From Antedon mediterranea (lineage: Eukaryota; Animalia; Echinodermata), in NCBI RefSeq assembly GCF_964355755.1, contig NC_092680.1, positions 5,518,001 to 5,582,000 on the forward strand: a stretch of 64,000 nt of DNA. The letters run 5' to 3'. Shown one piece after another: positions 1 through 12,513 of the stretch; position 1 is the first letter of the stretch, and the number at the start of each line of letters is the position of its first letter. The notes beneath the pieces are model-generated. The model searched no databases. It was not told where the DNA came from and was given only the letters and a program-made list of their open reading frames with translations. The translations under genes were made by a program, and so were the position numbers.

Positions 1-629
1 TTACGTCATTAAAGATATCTAATAACAATGGAGGTGATCGATCCAATAGTATAGTGTATCTTACACTTATATTCTCATTGTATTGTAACACTTTTCATTC
101 ATTTATTAATTCATTTGATCAAAATCACATACAACAAGTAACAGGTTCATGAATAAAACAGCATTAAAAACAACATATAAAACAATAAAAATATATGCAA
201 TAATTAAGATTATACATTTTGGAAATGATATAAATAATTAAGATATTTAAAAACCGTATAAAACTATATGTTTACAATATTGAAATATTGGATGGAACAT
301 TTCCCTCTCCCAAAACAAAACATTTCAGAAATACTTCTTCTATAATCTTTTCCCTATTTAAAAAAAATTGACTGAAATGAAACCTTTTAAAAGATAGAAA
401 TAATAAAAAAAGAAATTGACTGTTTATTTTGGAAAGGAACTGAAGTCCCACTATGTAGGAGGTATATTAATTGTAGCATGAATTAGTACATAAAACAGTG
501 TCGACTATAACTTTTAATAACATCCGATATGCAGACCTAGAATTTTTGGAGGTACCTTAAGGCTTACTCTGACGTAAATCTTCAACTACCGATTACTACC
601 GCTGTGACCTTTTAATTTGTCGGTAAGCC

Positions 630-637
630 TATATAAA
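630..637 (+). promoter_or_regulatory. TATA box of A2M-like gene copy 1
   Basis: TATATAAA ~60 nt upstream of the ATG at 697, conserved in copy 2 (19636-19643). A CRE-like TGACGTAA lies at 570-577. Confidence 0.6.
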
Positions 638-789
638 GCCACCTCAGAAAGTCATCACCCGTTGATTGGTATACAGTACTTGGATCCCGGTCAAAGATGA
701 CTAGTTATCGCAAACTTATCTTTTTATTGTGCATTTTACACGGCTTCTTTGAGGTACATTCAAATAATGAGACTGAAGCTAGATCTGCA

Positions 790-1165
790 GACACTGACAC
801 GGCACCTAAAGACACTGAAGTAACACCTACATACACTGACCCAAAACCTACAGACACTGAAGCAACACCTACAGGCATTGATTTAACACTTACAGGCACT
901 GATTTAACACCTACAGGCACTGATTTAACACCTACAGAAATTAAAGCATCACCTACAGACACTTACTCAACACCTACAGACACTGAAACAACACCTACAG
1001 GCACTGAAGCAACACCTACATACACTGAAGCAACACCTACATACACTGAAGCAACACCTACAAACACTGAATCAACACCTACAGACAATGAAGGAACACC
1101 TACAGACAATGAAGGAACACCTACATATACTGAAGCAACATCTACAGGCACTGAATCAACAGGTA
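790..1165 (+). repeat. Coding 21-nt (7-aa, T[D/G/Y]TE[A/S]TP-like) tandem repeat forming a mucin-like stalk
   Basis: Repeated ACACCTACA(G/T)(A/G)CACTGAAGCA units in exon 1. The exon-1 ORF is 189 aa in copy 1 and 174 aa in copy 2. Confidence 0.9.
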
Positions 1166-4100
1166 CACATGATGAGGATGGTAAGACAAGTGATGTCAGT
1201 TCAAGTGATTATCCATACTCAAGTGATAAATCAAGCGAAGTTCAAAATGACGAACATACCGAGTAAGTAATCATTGTTTTAGTTTTGTATTTTAATTCCC
1301 AAGCACAGTCGTCGCAGGCATACAGTAGGCCTATTACATGAAAGAGTGCCTAATTAATATTGAAGGTAACCAATATATAAACCACAGAAAAGGTAATAGA
1401 TTAGTAATTTCATTTCGAATGCGGTTTTATTACCGACAAACATACTAAAGTTTTCATATACCCTGTATCTGGCATGATGATTAAATTGTTATACAACACA
1501 GACTTGCCAGGCCTATACATTATAGATATTGGTGTTTTCTATGATTTTTAGAGGATATCTTATAACTACATCGCAACTATGGATATCAGACAGTATAGAA
1601 ATTATATGCGTTGCGTATCTTAAAAACCTACAAACGTTGAAATCAGAGTAGAGAACACGTACAGTAATTGGTGGTATCCTAGATTTTCCATGTATCATTC
1701 ACAAACATTCCATAAAGGCGGAAGCGATTGTTTCGAAGTAAAGGTAAATGGAAACATATTCTTATTCTATATATTTCTTTATGTTTTTAAACGGATATAA
1801 AAATTGTGTACGCTTCATTACCAACACTAAGCAAGTGCTACGGCATGGCGATTTAGTAGTGGGGTGATGTTATACAGGAAGTAATCAAAGCACAGTGTAC
1901 ATAATTCCCACCTCCAAGCAGAACTCGTATACATCCATGCTCTTGAGGCTACTCATTAGGCTAATAGCCTGGCAAAAGATTTTGTTATTTAGTTTATTTG
2001 ATCATTGAATACTATGATAATGCTACTTATTAACTAAAATAATGTAGGTTCCTGAAATGTCAGCACGATACAGTTTGTCGGTGACATTGAGTGCACGTAT
2101 AACGACTGCTGACGCAGAGATTGAACGGCAGATGAAAATCCGCATCTATAGGGAACAAGAAGAAACATACATACAGACTGACAAACCAAAATACAGCGCT
2201 GGACAAGAAGGTAATGCGATAAATGATAAAGATTGATAATTTCAAATGTCACTGTACATAGGGTCCTACTAGTAATATTTTCCGAAAACAAACACATTAT
2301 TAATAATGTGTTTGTTCAACACACATTATAGACATGGTAATCCCATGGTTATTGTGTTGTTAAAGTAAATATGTAAAATAATTATAATTGATTAAAAATG
2401 AAAATGCTTCATCTATCGTCTGATGATGACCGTATTTATATCACCATTTGTAAAAAAAAAAAAAAGAAATACTGAAGTGTTACATGTTTCTCGTCATTTT
2501 CAGTTAAATTTCGAATGTTGTCTATCAAATCACCGTCATTAAAGGTTGTGAAGAACAATGTAAGTATAACAATAAATGTGATATCATTGCGCGAGTGGTT
2601 GATGCAATAGTTGTCTATGCAATATTTAATTGTGAAGCAGTATACCTATTATTTTCAAGACAAGGTCAGGGTTTAAATTAAATAAGTGGAGTAGAACTTT
2701 TAAGGGTATACATTCGAATCTCAATCAAGTGTCCACTTTGTCCAAAACATGTGTCCAAAAGGAGAGGTTCTATTTTGCAGTAGAATTTTCTTCAGAAAAC
2801 ATTTGACGATTAAAAACATTTTAAGTGTTAGGAACCGGCAAGGTTATAAAAAACGCCCAAATCCTCTACAACATCATGAATCTACAAATTTTCGGGTCAT
2901 AGTTAGTTACTTTTTATCAGATACCAACAATTCAGTAGATGTCTTACTGCATTTTTTGTGTTGAAGATACCAAGCATCTGGATTGAAGCTCCGAATGACA
3001 TTCGAGTTAGGCAGTGGGTAGATGTGAAAGCAGACGAGGGTCTTGTTGATCTACAGATGCTATTGTCTGATGAACCAATACTAGGGACGTGGACAATAAA
3101 AGCAATGGTTGCCGACAGAACAGTCACACAAACATTCGTTGTAGAGGAATACGGTAGGTCCATCAGTTGGAAACATACGTCTAAAGTAGACATTATTAAA
3201 TTTATCTGCCGATTCCATCAATCCAAATGACAAAGACCAAGCCAAGCAAAAAAGCTTGCCACACTCTACATATTGGAGAGGCGTCGTTATAAACCATTAC
3301 TTGAGTGAGACGAACATTTGAGTCTTTGTTGTTCCTTATGATTTATAAAAGAGTTTTTTTTTTTTCAGTTTTACCAAAGTTTGAAATTCTGATTGATACA
3401 CCCTCATCTATTTACGTCCGTGATGAAACTTTTAAAGTCAAAGTTTGCGGAATGTGAGTATAAACACGTTTTCTTTGGAATAATCATTAAAACAAAAGTT
3501 CTTTAAAACAAATTGTATTTATACTTTCTCAATATTTCTTTATAAAGTGTCATTACGGCACAAGAAGCCAATATCAAATGACTAATTTTCAAAATTCAAT
3601 AGTATACATACATATATGTACTGTATACTAAAATCACAATAATATAATATGTTTCAATATTTAAATGAGTCGATTCGGGATTCTTATTATTTACAGCACC
3701 AGCAGAATCTGACTCACTATAGATATAATTGTACTTTATGATTTTTTTTTTCTAATATCTTCAAATTTTAGAATTCGTCAATGAAGAAAATAATTAAATG
3801 TCATCTGGAGTATTTGGTATTACTGTCAAATTTTTATATTATGGGCCGTATTGTTAAATTATTAAATACTTATTATAGGTATACATACGGACAACCCGTC
3901 AGAGGATCTGTAAATTTTACCGTTTGTTTTAGACATTCACGTGACGATTGTAACCCAGAAACTACTGTAGTCAAATATGCTAAAGTAAGTAAAATCTTGC
4001 TCGAGTTATTTGTATACTCAATATAGACCGGAACATTAAATTAGCGCCCCCCCCCCCCCCCCTGTCGCTCTATGTACAGTTTCTGTAGGTAATTCATTTA

Positions 4101-4751
4101 TGATTTATTTTTAGGATACTGGTTCAGATGGATGTGGTGAATTTGATTTGACTTCAGAAGAACTTAAATGGGACAGACCTTATTACTATTATTATGAAAG
4201 ACAAAAATTATCTGTCAATGCAAATTTTACTGAAGCTGGAACCGGTATGTAATAATTATTACTCTGTAATTGGAACGTCTTTGTTGTTAATGAAACGCAT
4301 GTTAGATTATTAAAGTGATACATTAACGTTTTGTATACATTTTCAGACATAACTTTGACCAGTTCAACGCTGTCAACAACTATTAAAACAACAGCAGTAC
4401 AAATAGAGATAACAGGTATAAGCTATTACAAGCCCGGCATTGAATACAATGGAAAGGTAAAAGACAATTGAGAAAAATTGTTCACGCTCCATAAGGCCAA
4501 TTATATTAAAGCTGCGGTAAAGGCAGTTCAGGAAACTTGGTTAAATTTGATGTGTTGAACATCCACGCAATTGCTACTTAGAAGGTTAAAATAATATTTA
4601 ATATTTGTTATACTGTACCTATTTTGACCTAAAATAAAAATAGTGGAAATGTAGTTCAAGGATTCTAGCCAAAGTATGAACACATGTGTATTTATGTACA
4701 TAACATGAACTATACTATTCGATGCGTATTTTTTTTAAATACGCTATTTAA

Positions 4752-5075
4752 AGATGTATTGTCCCCTTAAAAAAATATTTAGAACACAATTTTTGTTGAA
4801 TATGCCATTTTAATATAACATAATAGTTATCCACTTTGACCAAAAATTGGATCGAAAAAAAAATGTATTTACCTGAAAAAAACTGTAATTTAAAGCAAAA
4901 TTTGTCAAATTGGCCAGCTAATGGATTTTTGTTTGAATTTAACCATTTATTTTGGCATTTTAGAAGTAAAAACATTTTTTGTTCACGTTTTTTTTAAAGG
5001 AAGTGATAACTTCATTAAAACTACAGAATAACACATTAAAAGTCTGATTTAATTAATCTTCATTGTTCATGTTTT
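4752..5075. mobile_element. Truncated copy of a TTAA-flanked MITE (family also at 61028-61307)
   Basis: Starts TTAA|AGATGTATTG and shares a long internal block (ATAGTTATCCACTTTGACCAAAA...ATGTATTTACCTGAAAAA) with 61028-61307. Also present in copy 2 from about 23678. Confidence 0.6.
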
Positions 5076-8000
5076 CTTTAAGTGTATTGGATGTTTCAAA
5101 TAGGCTATTTAAATAAGGATTTTAAACTTTGATATAGTACCGTATGGTTTCTATTTAATTCATTCCTTCATTCATCCTTTATTTAGCATTTAAAATCGAA
5201 ATACATTTAAAACAAAGGTAACAAAAACAAGGCGGGTGGACATCTAAGGAGGCAAGGATAAGCAGAAGCAATTAAAATCGCTGTAGCTCGCAGGCTTACT
5301 TATCCATCCTTAGACATCCAGTACATAAAGATAAATAAAATACACATTAATGATCCAAATATAAATAAATTCTAATTAAGTGACAATGTATTAAAACCGT
5401 TTAAGAATCAGTTCTCATTTTTTTTTTCAATTTTTGATTTTGAAAATATCCTATTTTGATTTCACAGGTCTTTATAAAGAATGTGGATGGAAGTCCAGCT
5501 AATGGTATTAATACAACAATACATATACAGGAAAAACGCGAATCTGACGTAATCCATGTATTCAACAGCTTCTCGAATAAAGGAGTTGTAACATTTAGTT
5601 TTGATGCGCCTATTGATACGGCTATTACTTCTCTGCTAATTACGGTAATTACAACCAGGAAAGAATGAAATTCCCTGTTATAACATCATTCGATGATATT
5701 AATTTTTATTCTTATTCATTATTAATTATTATTATCTGTCGCTATCGATATTCAACAATAGATATAAGATATCATTTTTGTAGCTTTTGTTTTAAATCTA
5801 TTATGATGTTTTGGAAAATAGCAGTTTGTCGTAGGGTTGGTGGAAAGAGATGTGTTACTTTATAACGTTATAACGTTGATTGTTATCTTGGTAATGCTCG
5901 CCTATGAACGCCTATCACCCTTTTTATTGGAGCACTACGTATATTCTAGGTAACAGCAGAAGGATATAAAACACAAACCTACGAAGATGTCTATGGGTAT
6001 TATAGAATTAGAAACAACCCATCTAATACAAAGACAATTTCTGCCTTCTATTCGCCTAGTGGAAGTTTCCTGAACATCAAGCCAGTGCCAAATGAAATCA
6101 ACTTTGGCGGTAGTCATACTTTTGATGTTGATTACACCATTCCGACTGGCGCTAACAAAACAATCAATGTTAAGTATATGGTAAGTGTTAATATAGTGTA
6201 CTAGTTACTGTAAAATGTATAAAGGTTCGTGGAATCCTTGTATGTACTTTAAAAACTGGCGGTAATAATCTCATTAATTTTAAAATGTATTCATTTTTCG
6301 ACAAATGTATTTGATAAATTTAAACTCTATACAATAATTAATGTTTATTGAATATAACTAGGTCATTGCTAGAGCTGCTGTAGCAACATTTGGCAGTTTA
6401 GAGGTGAAGATGCCTTCTTGTTCTCGTCAAGAGAAAAGATCTCTTCAGCTAATTTGGCCTACATACGATTATTTTATTTCCAGACCAGAAGATGAATCAG
6501 GTATATATATATATATTATGGATTTCAATATTTGCAGCAATAATGTTTTACTAAAGGGTTTGTATAGGTATTATATAGATTTACGTATGCAAAAAATGCG
6601 AAATCCAAAAATGGCTTTCATTTATTTTTTATTGTTTTTATCTTTTTCCTTCTGGCTTGAGAAACCTTGGTCTTTTTTTTTTTAAATATCCACACATTGG
6701 AAATCCAACTGCCATAGTGTTTTTTTAAAATATTTTTTAATCTGGGAATAAATCCTTTCTTTGTATGCCTTATAGATTATACTTTATATATTACTTTATG
6801 GAATTTGTAAATTATTTTTTTTGTTTATTGCTTAAAAAACAAAAAACAAATGGACCAGTCACAATATAGTTAATATGGCAGAATACAATACCACCAGAAT
6901 ACATACTTCATTTCTTCTGTTGCAGTGATAGGATTGAAACCATTGCCACCAACATGTCAATTCTCGTTTAAGTTACCTATTGATGTCAATTCTAAAATGT
7001 CACCAGACGCCAAACTTCTAATTTACTACGCTCGTGAGGATGGAGAAATTGTTGCCGATTCAATTAAATTTAAAGTTGTCAGAGGTCTATCTAATCAGGT
7101 ATTTTTGTCAGCTGAAACTGATCAGAATCCCGGTTGATCAAGAATTTTGAAATAATAAGAGTACCCAGGCTTAAAACAATTAATCTAATAATTATGTTTT
7201 TTTAATTGTTTTTAATGGTTTCCTCTCAAATCTATATAGGTAGGCAGGAGGGACAGCATGGGTATTTAGTATCCCATATATTTTATGGTTTTATATTTTT
7301 CATGATAATAAAAAATCTACGACGCGGTCACATTCATCTACAATACTATTATTATTGAAATTCACCATTTAAAGAACTTTTTGAAAAAATTGTAACATTC
7401 ATTACACAAATAGGTTAAATTACAATTTGAAGAAAATATGACAAGGCCTGGAGACAAAACAATACTTCGTGTTCAGTCATCATCAAATTCACTGTGTGCT
7501 ATTGGAATCGTAGATAAAAGTGTTGAACTCCTTGGAACAACTAACCAAATTACCAATGATAAGGTGAGTTTCTATGTTTTTGCTTTCATTAATGGATCCT
7601 GTTTCTTAATAGGAAACGTTTCTATCCTTCAGCTTTTATGCCTTTTAGTGGTTTCAATTAGGAATAATGCATTATAAGAACACGTTAATACGTTTATCGG
7701 ACAAAATAATCCACGGCTTTACATTTGCTCATAAAAAATAGATAGTTTGTTTTTAGTAAACCCTCACCCCCACTTTTTTAATTTTTATACAGAAAAATTC
7801 AGTTGCAAATTCTAAACTCTAGATGTTTACATTTATTCCACACAGGTATTCAATTCTTTAACAAACTATTCATATCAAAACTTTTACTACACTTCAAAAT
7901 GTACTCGTAGCTTATTCATAAATAAACGATCAGAAGGCACTCCTACTCCACCACCACCTCCGAAGAGAGGGCACTTTTATCAAACTATTTACGTCAAAAC

Positions 8001-8099
8001 GAAACATTTGGATAGTGCAACTGTTTTCTTGGTAAGTAAGATATATATTTTAAACTAGTACTGTACTAACTATGGCGAAGCAAGGCAAACAGAGCGTAA

Positions 8100-8440
8100 G
8101 GGACCATAGTGGTCATTTAAGAGAGATGGCCGTTTACCAGAGGTGGTCAATTATGAGGTCCCTTACAAGCTTGAGGTGTGGTACTTTAAAAGATGTGGTT
8201 CCTCACAAGAGGTAGTGGTCGGTTACGAGAGCTGGTCGATAATAATATAAGACGCGGTCTCTTACAAGAGGTGGTCGGTTATGTCGAGAAGCGGTCCCTT
8301 AAGAGAGAAGGTGGTCGTTTAAGAGAGGTGATCGTTACAAGAGGTGTTTGATTATGAGAAGCGGTCCCTTAGGAGAGGTGGTCGGTAATGAGGGTGTTTG
8401 CTTACGATGTATGTCGTTTTAGGGAGGTGGTCACTTTTTA
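8100..8440. repeat. GC-rich imperfect ~20-nt tandem repeat (GAGGTGGTCG..TTA..A), probably the interior of a DNA-transposon MITE; copy 1 only
   Basis: Many GAGGTGGTC variants; absent from the equivalent intron of copy 2. Confidence 0.55.
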
Positions 8441-8499
8441 TGTTACATTAGTGGTTAATGTTACATTAGTGGTTGATTTGTGTTACGTTAGTGGTTAAT

Positions 8500-8680
8500 G
8501 GGCGTGTAGCGCAGTGTGTTGGACGTTCGACTACTGATCGTGAGATCGAGGTATAAATGGGAACCTGGTTAGATCATTTGTGTTTGCATTATAGGAGTAT
8601 GTTTCCATATGTGTTTGATCCCAAAAAAATGACTAGGGTAATAATGTTTAGGCGCTTATAAATCCAGGATATTATTATTA
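8500..8680 (+). mobile_element. Degenerate tRNA-derived SINE remnant
   Basis: tRNA-like head GGGCGTGTAGCGCAGTG..., core GTATAAATGGGAACC and tail GGCGCTTATAAATCC...TATTATTATT. Copy 2 retains a different part (CCTTGGGCAAG...CTCTCTCCACCAAGGTGTATAAATGGG, ~27575-27790). Confidence 0.45.
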
Positions 8681-11493
8681 ATGTTACATTAGTGGTTTTG
8701 ATATTTACGTTATAGTGGGTGATACTTAGTAGTAAGCTCTCTAGTTGTACACCAATTTATGTACAGTTTTATGATAAATAAAAGTACTTGGTGTACTGTG
8801 TTCATCACTACTTTACTTAAATGTTGCACTGAGTATAATTATGCATACGACTCTACTTTATTTGTCACTGTTATTTTCAGAATGCTGGTGTTGCGTTTAC
8901 GACAAGTTTAGATGTGGAAACAAGACCTTGCTATGAAATCACAGGTAACTCAGTAGTAGTAAATCTTATGATGAAGACTAATGTGTTAGTTGTGTGGTTT
9001 TAACATTTGCTTATCACTTCAAAAATAATTTACAGTGGTGTATCTAGTAGTATTAGTATTAAAATGAATTAGTGGTATTAGGATAGTATCAAAACATGAG
9101 GCGGCGTTTAAATTATATTGTTATGGCGACATAGCGGGGCCTTTAGTAGAATAAAATAAAAACCAGTCCTTGTCATTAAATTTCTTAATTGGACTAATTA
9201 TATAATTGCCCCTATTTAGTCCCAAATGGGTTATTCTAATCTAAGCTTTGTTTTACCTGGTAAAACGTTTTCGACATTTCTGAAATTAAAATAAAATAAT
9301 AAAATTTTGATTTGAATAAATGTATAGACATTATGTTATTTTGTTTTTTGTTTGTTTTTTTGTTTGTTTGTACTAACGTTTTTCGTTAGGGTTACATTTT
9401 TAAAGAACTTGTGCTTATTTTGTATCCCATTTCATTATCATATTATTTGTATTATATTTGTATATGTTTTTATATTGATTATGGAACAAAAATGTCGCAT
9501 ATTGATAGAACACAACGTGGAAAGGGAAGATGAAGTACTAGAATACGTAGATCAAGAAAAAGAAATAGAAGAAAATCCAACAGACGAAGTCGAAGTCAAA
9601 AAAGAAGAACCTGCAGTCAACATAAGAACATACTTTCCAGAAACACTTTTGTGGCAAATTAAAAGAACTCGGTAAGAATTCGAAAGTGATTATTGTACAT
9701 ACACACATACATACATACATGTGGTAAGGATTCAATTTTTTAGATGGTCAGATATTGGTGTGTGTGCGTGTGTACGGATCTTTACCAAATTTAAACCACA
9801 GATAGATATGTGGTCACGGACGACTCAATTCAATTTTGTAGACATTCTGGACCAGGATCCCAATTTTGAACTGTTATTTTATTATTAAGTATAGGTAGTA
9901 CATCAAAACTAGGCTACAAGGCGGATCTTTATAACGATTTTTGATCCTGTATCTCTTGTTATTACTCTTGGCGGAGGTTGTATACCGGTAATGCATCTGT
10001 ATTCGTATTGGTTATTGAACATTTTTGTTTTCAACACTAATAATAAAAGCTGAAAATAAACTTCCTATGAATAAGGGGAAGCCAATGCCCAGATTCTGGA
10101 AGATGTTTGAGATGACCGATTCCTCTACATTTGTTAGGGAGATAGTTGTCGCCTCTCAGTTTTCGCGAGCAGGCCCCTTATTTGTATGTCAACATCATGA
10201 ATGCACGGTGCCTCAAAACGAATCGGCGACCTTCCACTCTCCTTTTTTGACAGCAAAATGAAATTACTTTTTCATATTACTTTATTTTAAACGAATATTA
10301 ATAATTGATATAGGTAAGAATAAGTACACCTTGACATAGTACTACTCTTGTCTAAGCATATAATTAGCACACCTCCATTTCAGAAATTCTGAATCCGTCT
10401 CTGTTTGATACAATTTTGATATGATTTGTATGCATAGGATAAATAGTTGAAACTTTTTTATCTTTTTAAACTTTAAAGTGAAGAAGATGGCATAGCTAAG
10501 TTTGATCTGAAAGTTCCTGATACGATCACCGATTGGAAAGCAAACGGATTCTGTATATCACCCGACAGCGACATTGGTATTGGAGAAACTACAACATTAC
10601 GTGCATTTAAACCGTTTTTCGTTTCTTTAACGCTTCCTTACTCGGTAATTCGCAACGAAAGTGTTCCATTGAAAGCCACGGTGTTTAACTACCTTGCTGA
10701 CCAATGTCTTATGGTAAGATATGATACATAATATGTATCTTACTTTTTAAATCAATTCGTATGTATATCAGTGTAAAATACAATATTTATAAACACGTGG
10801 TAATTACAACAAAATACTAACTTACACGTGATGTATGAGTACTTTAGTATGCTCTCGAAACTTCTCTGGCAAATATCTGTAATGAAAAGCATAATTTTAG
10901 CTCATTAACAAAAATGAGTATTGACTGATTTTTTTTATGGCATTTTTTTTTTTAGGTCAAACTTGAGCTCAAGGAAAGTAGTAACTTTACAACATTGGGT
11001 AATGACTTTACACGTAAAGTGTGCGTTTGTGGAGGTGGGTCAAAGACTGTCCATTACAGAATAGTACCACATTCACTTGGACATGTTCCCATGACAGGTA
11101 ATTTTCTTTTGTACACTACACCATTTCAAAAATTGCGCAAAACATGAAATCAATATGATACTATGAAATGGTTTAAATTATTGTAATGAAATATTGAACT
11201 AATTGTAATTAATTTACAATATAATATAAATTTATTTAAAAAATGTAATATATAATATTTTCTGCTATGGTTCATTAAAATGTAGTTTCTGCTGTAACCA
11301 AGGGTTTCAGTAAAGCACTTGGTCGTAGAATGTGTGACGGTGAACCTGATCGCCCAGACAAACAATACATTGGCTTGACCGATGGAGTACAGCGTGATGT
11401 GCTTGTTGAGGTAAGCGAAAACTAAACATACAAACAATTGCGTATAATAATTATATTATTATTGCAAAACAATTGGTGCATACTAGAATCGGC

Positions 11494-11620
11494 GTATAAC
11501 TGCACATACCCAACTACCCATACTATAAAGCGTGCTTACCACTAACTGCGCATACACCAACTGCGCATACCACTAACTGAGCATACCACTAACTGCGTAT
11601 TCCACTAACTGCGCATACCA
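11494..11620. repeat. 16-nt intronic minisatellite (CACTAACTGCGCATAC)
   Basis: Several imperfect tandem units; the same array is in copy 2 at ~30526-30655. Confidence 0.8.
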
Positions 11621-12513
11621 CATTGCATTTTCCTATCTCAATGTTTCTTTCTAACCTCCATTCATTACTCTATGTTATTGTATTTCAGTTTATTCTCATA
11701 TTACACACTGTACTAATATATCTAGCAATGAAACACATCCAATTCAAACTTATCTAGAAATTAAGACAGTTTGTGTTTTGGTTTTGTTTTTTGTTTGTTA
11801 GCCTGAAGGGATAGAAAAGGATGAAACGCAGTCATCAGTTATATGTTTAAGCAGCAATGAAGCGAACGAAAAAGCAAGCTATAAAGTAAACTTCCCTGAA
11901 AACATTGTACCTGGATCGGACAGAGTGAAATTACAATTAATTGGTAGGCCTATGTTTGCATGTGTTTGTAACAAAACGACGAGAACGATTAGGAATGAAA
12001 ATCCGACTTTTTCTGTGAAGGTCACATGAACCCAATATTGAACCTAAAACCTATAGAATAATAATAATAATAAACCCACAATACTCACATTTACTCAATT
12101 TTAATAATTACAATGCACACAATTTAGTATATTCTCATTCTACGTCATATCCGCCTATGTTCTTTTCAATATAATGTAAAGCGTTGGTGTAGGCCATACA
12201 TAAATTCATTATAATGTATTCAATTTGAAAATGCTCATACGTTTGCGTGATACATATATTTTTGTAGGAGATATAATGGGACCAGCTCTCAACAACATGA
12301 ATCATCTAATCCGGTTACCAACTGGTTGTGGAGAACAGAATATTGTAAAAATGGCGCCAAACGTTTACGTCTTAAAATACCTTATAAACACAGATCAAAT
12401 CGAGGCTCGGCTAAAACAAACGATAGTTAACAACATAAGAGCAGGTGAGTTAATTTCACAACCTACTATGTGTTTGTTTCCTAAATGAGATTTACAGCTA
12501 TTTGTATACAATT

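Noticed and set aside
705-1151. Val/Ser/Gly-rich minus-strand ORFs
   Set aside because: Antisense shadows of the Thr-rich repeat.
697-1266. 189-aa ORF (and the 174-aa ORF at 19703) as a stand-alone secreted mucin gene
   Set aside because: The stop TAA lies inside a consensus donor (GA|GTAAGT) whose phase matches the next A2M exon, so it is better read as exon 1.
4047-4062. C16 run as a G-quadruplex or regulatory element
   Set aside because: Intronic homopolymer, much shorter in copy 2; unstable and not conserved.
8500-8551. tRNA gene
   Set aside because: Only a 5' tRNA-like head without T-arm or acceptor pairing, followed by SINE-like core and tail.
12324-12338. Complement C3 or CD109 call for the thioester gene
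   Set aside because: No anaphylatoxin or C345C domain, Asn instead of His, and no C-terminal hydrophobic GPI signal. No gene symbol was assigned because orthology was not tested.
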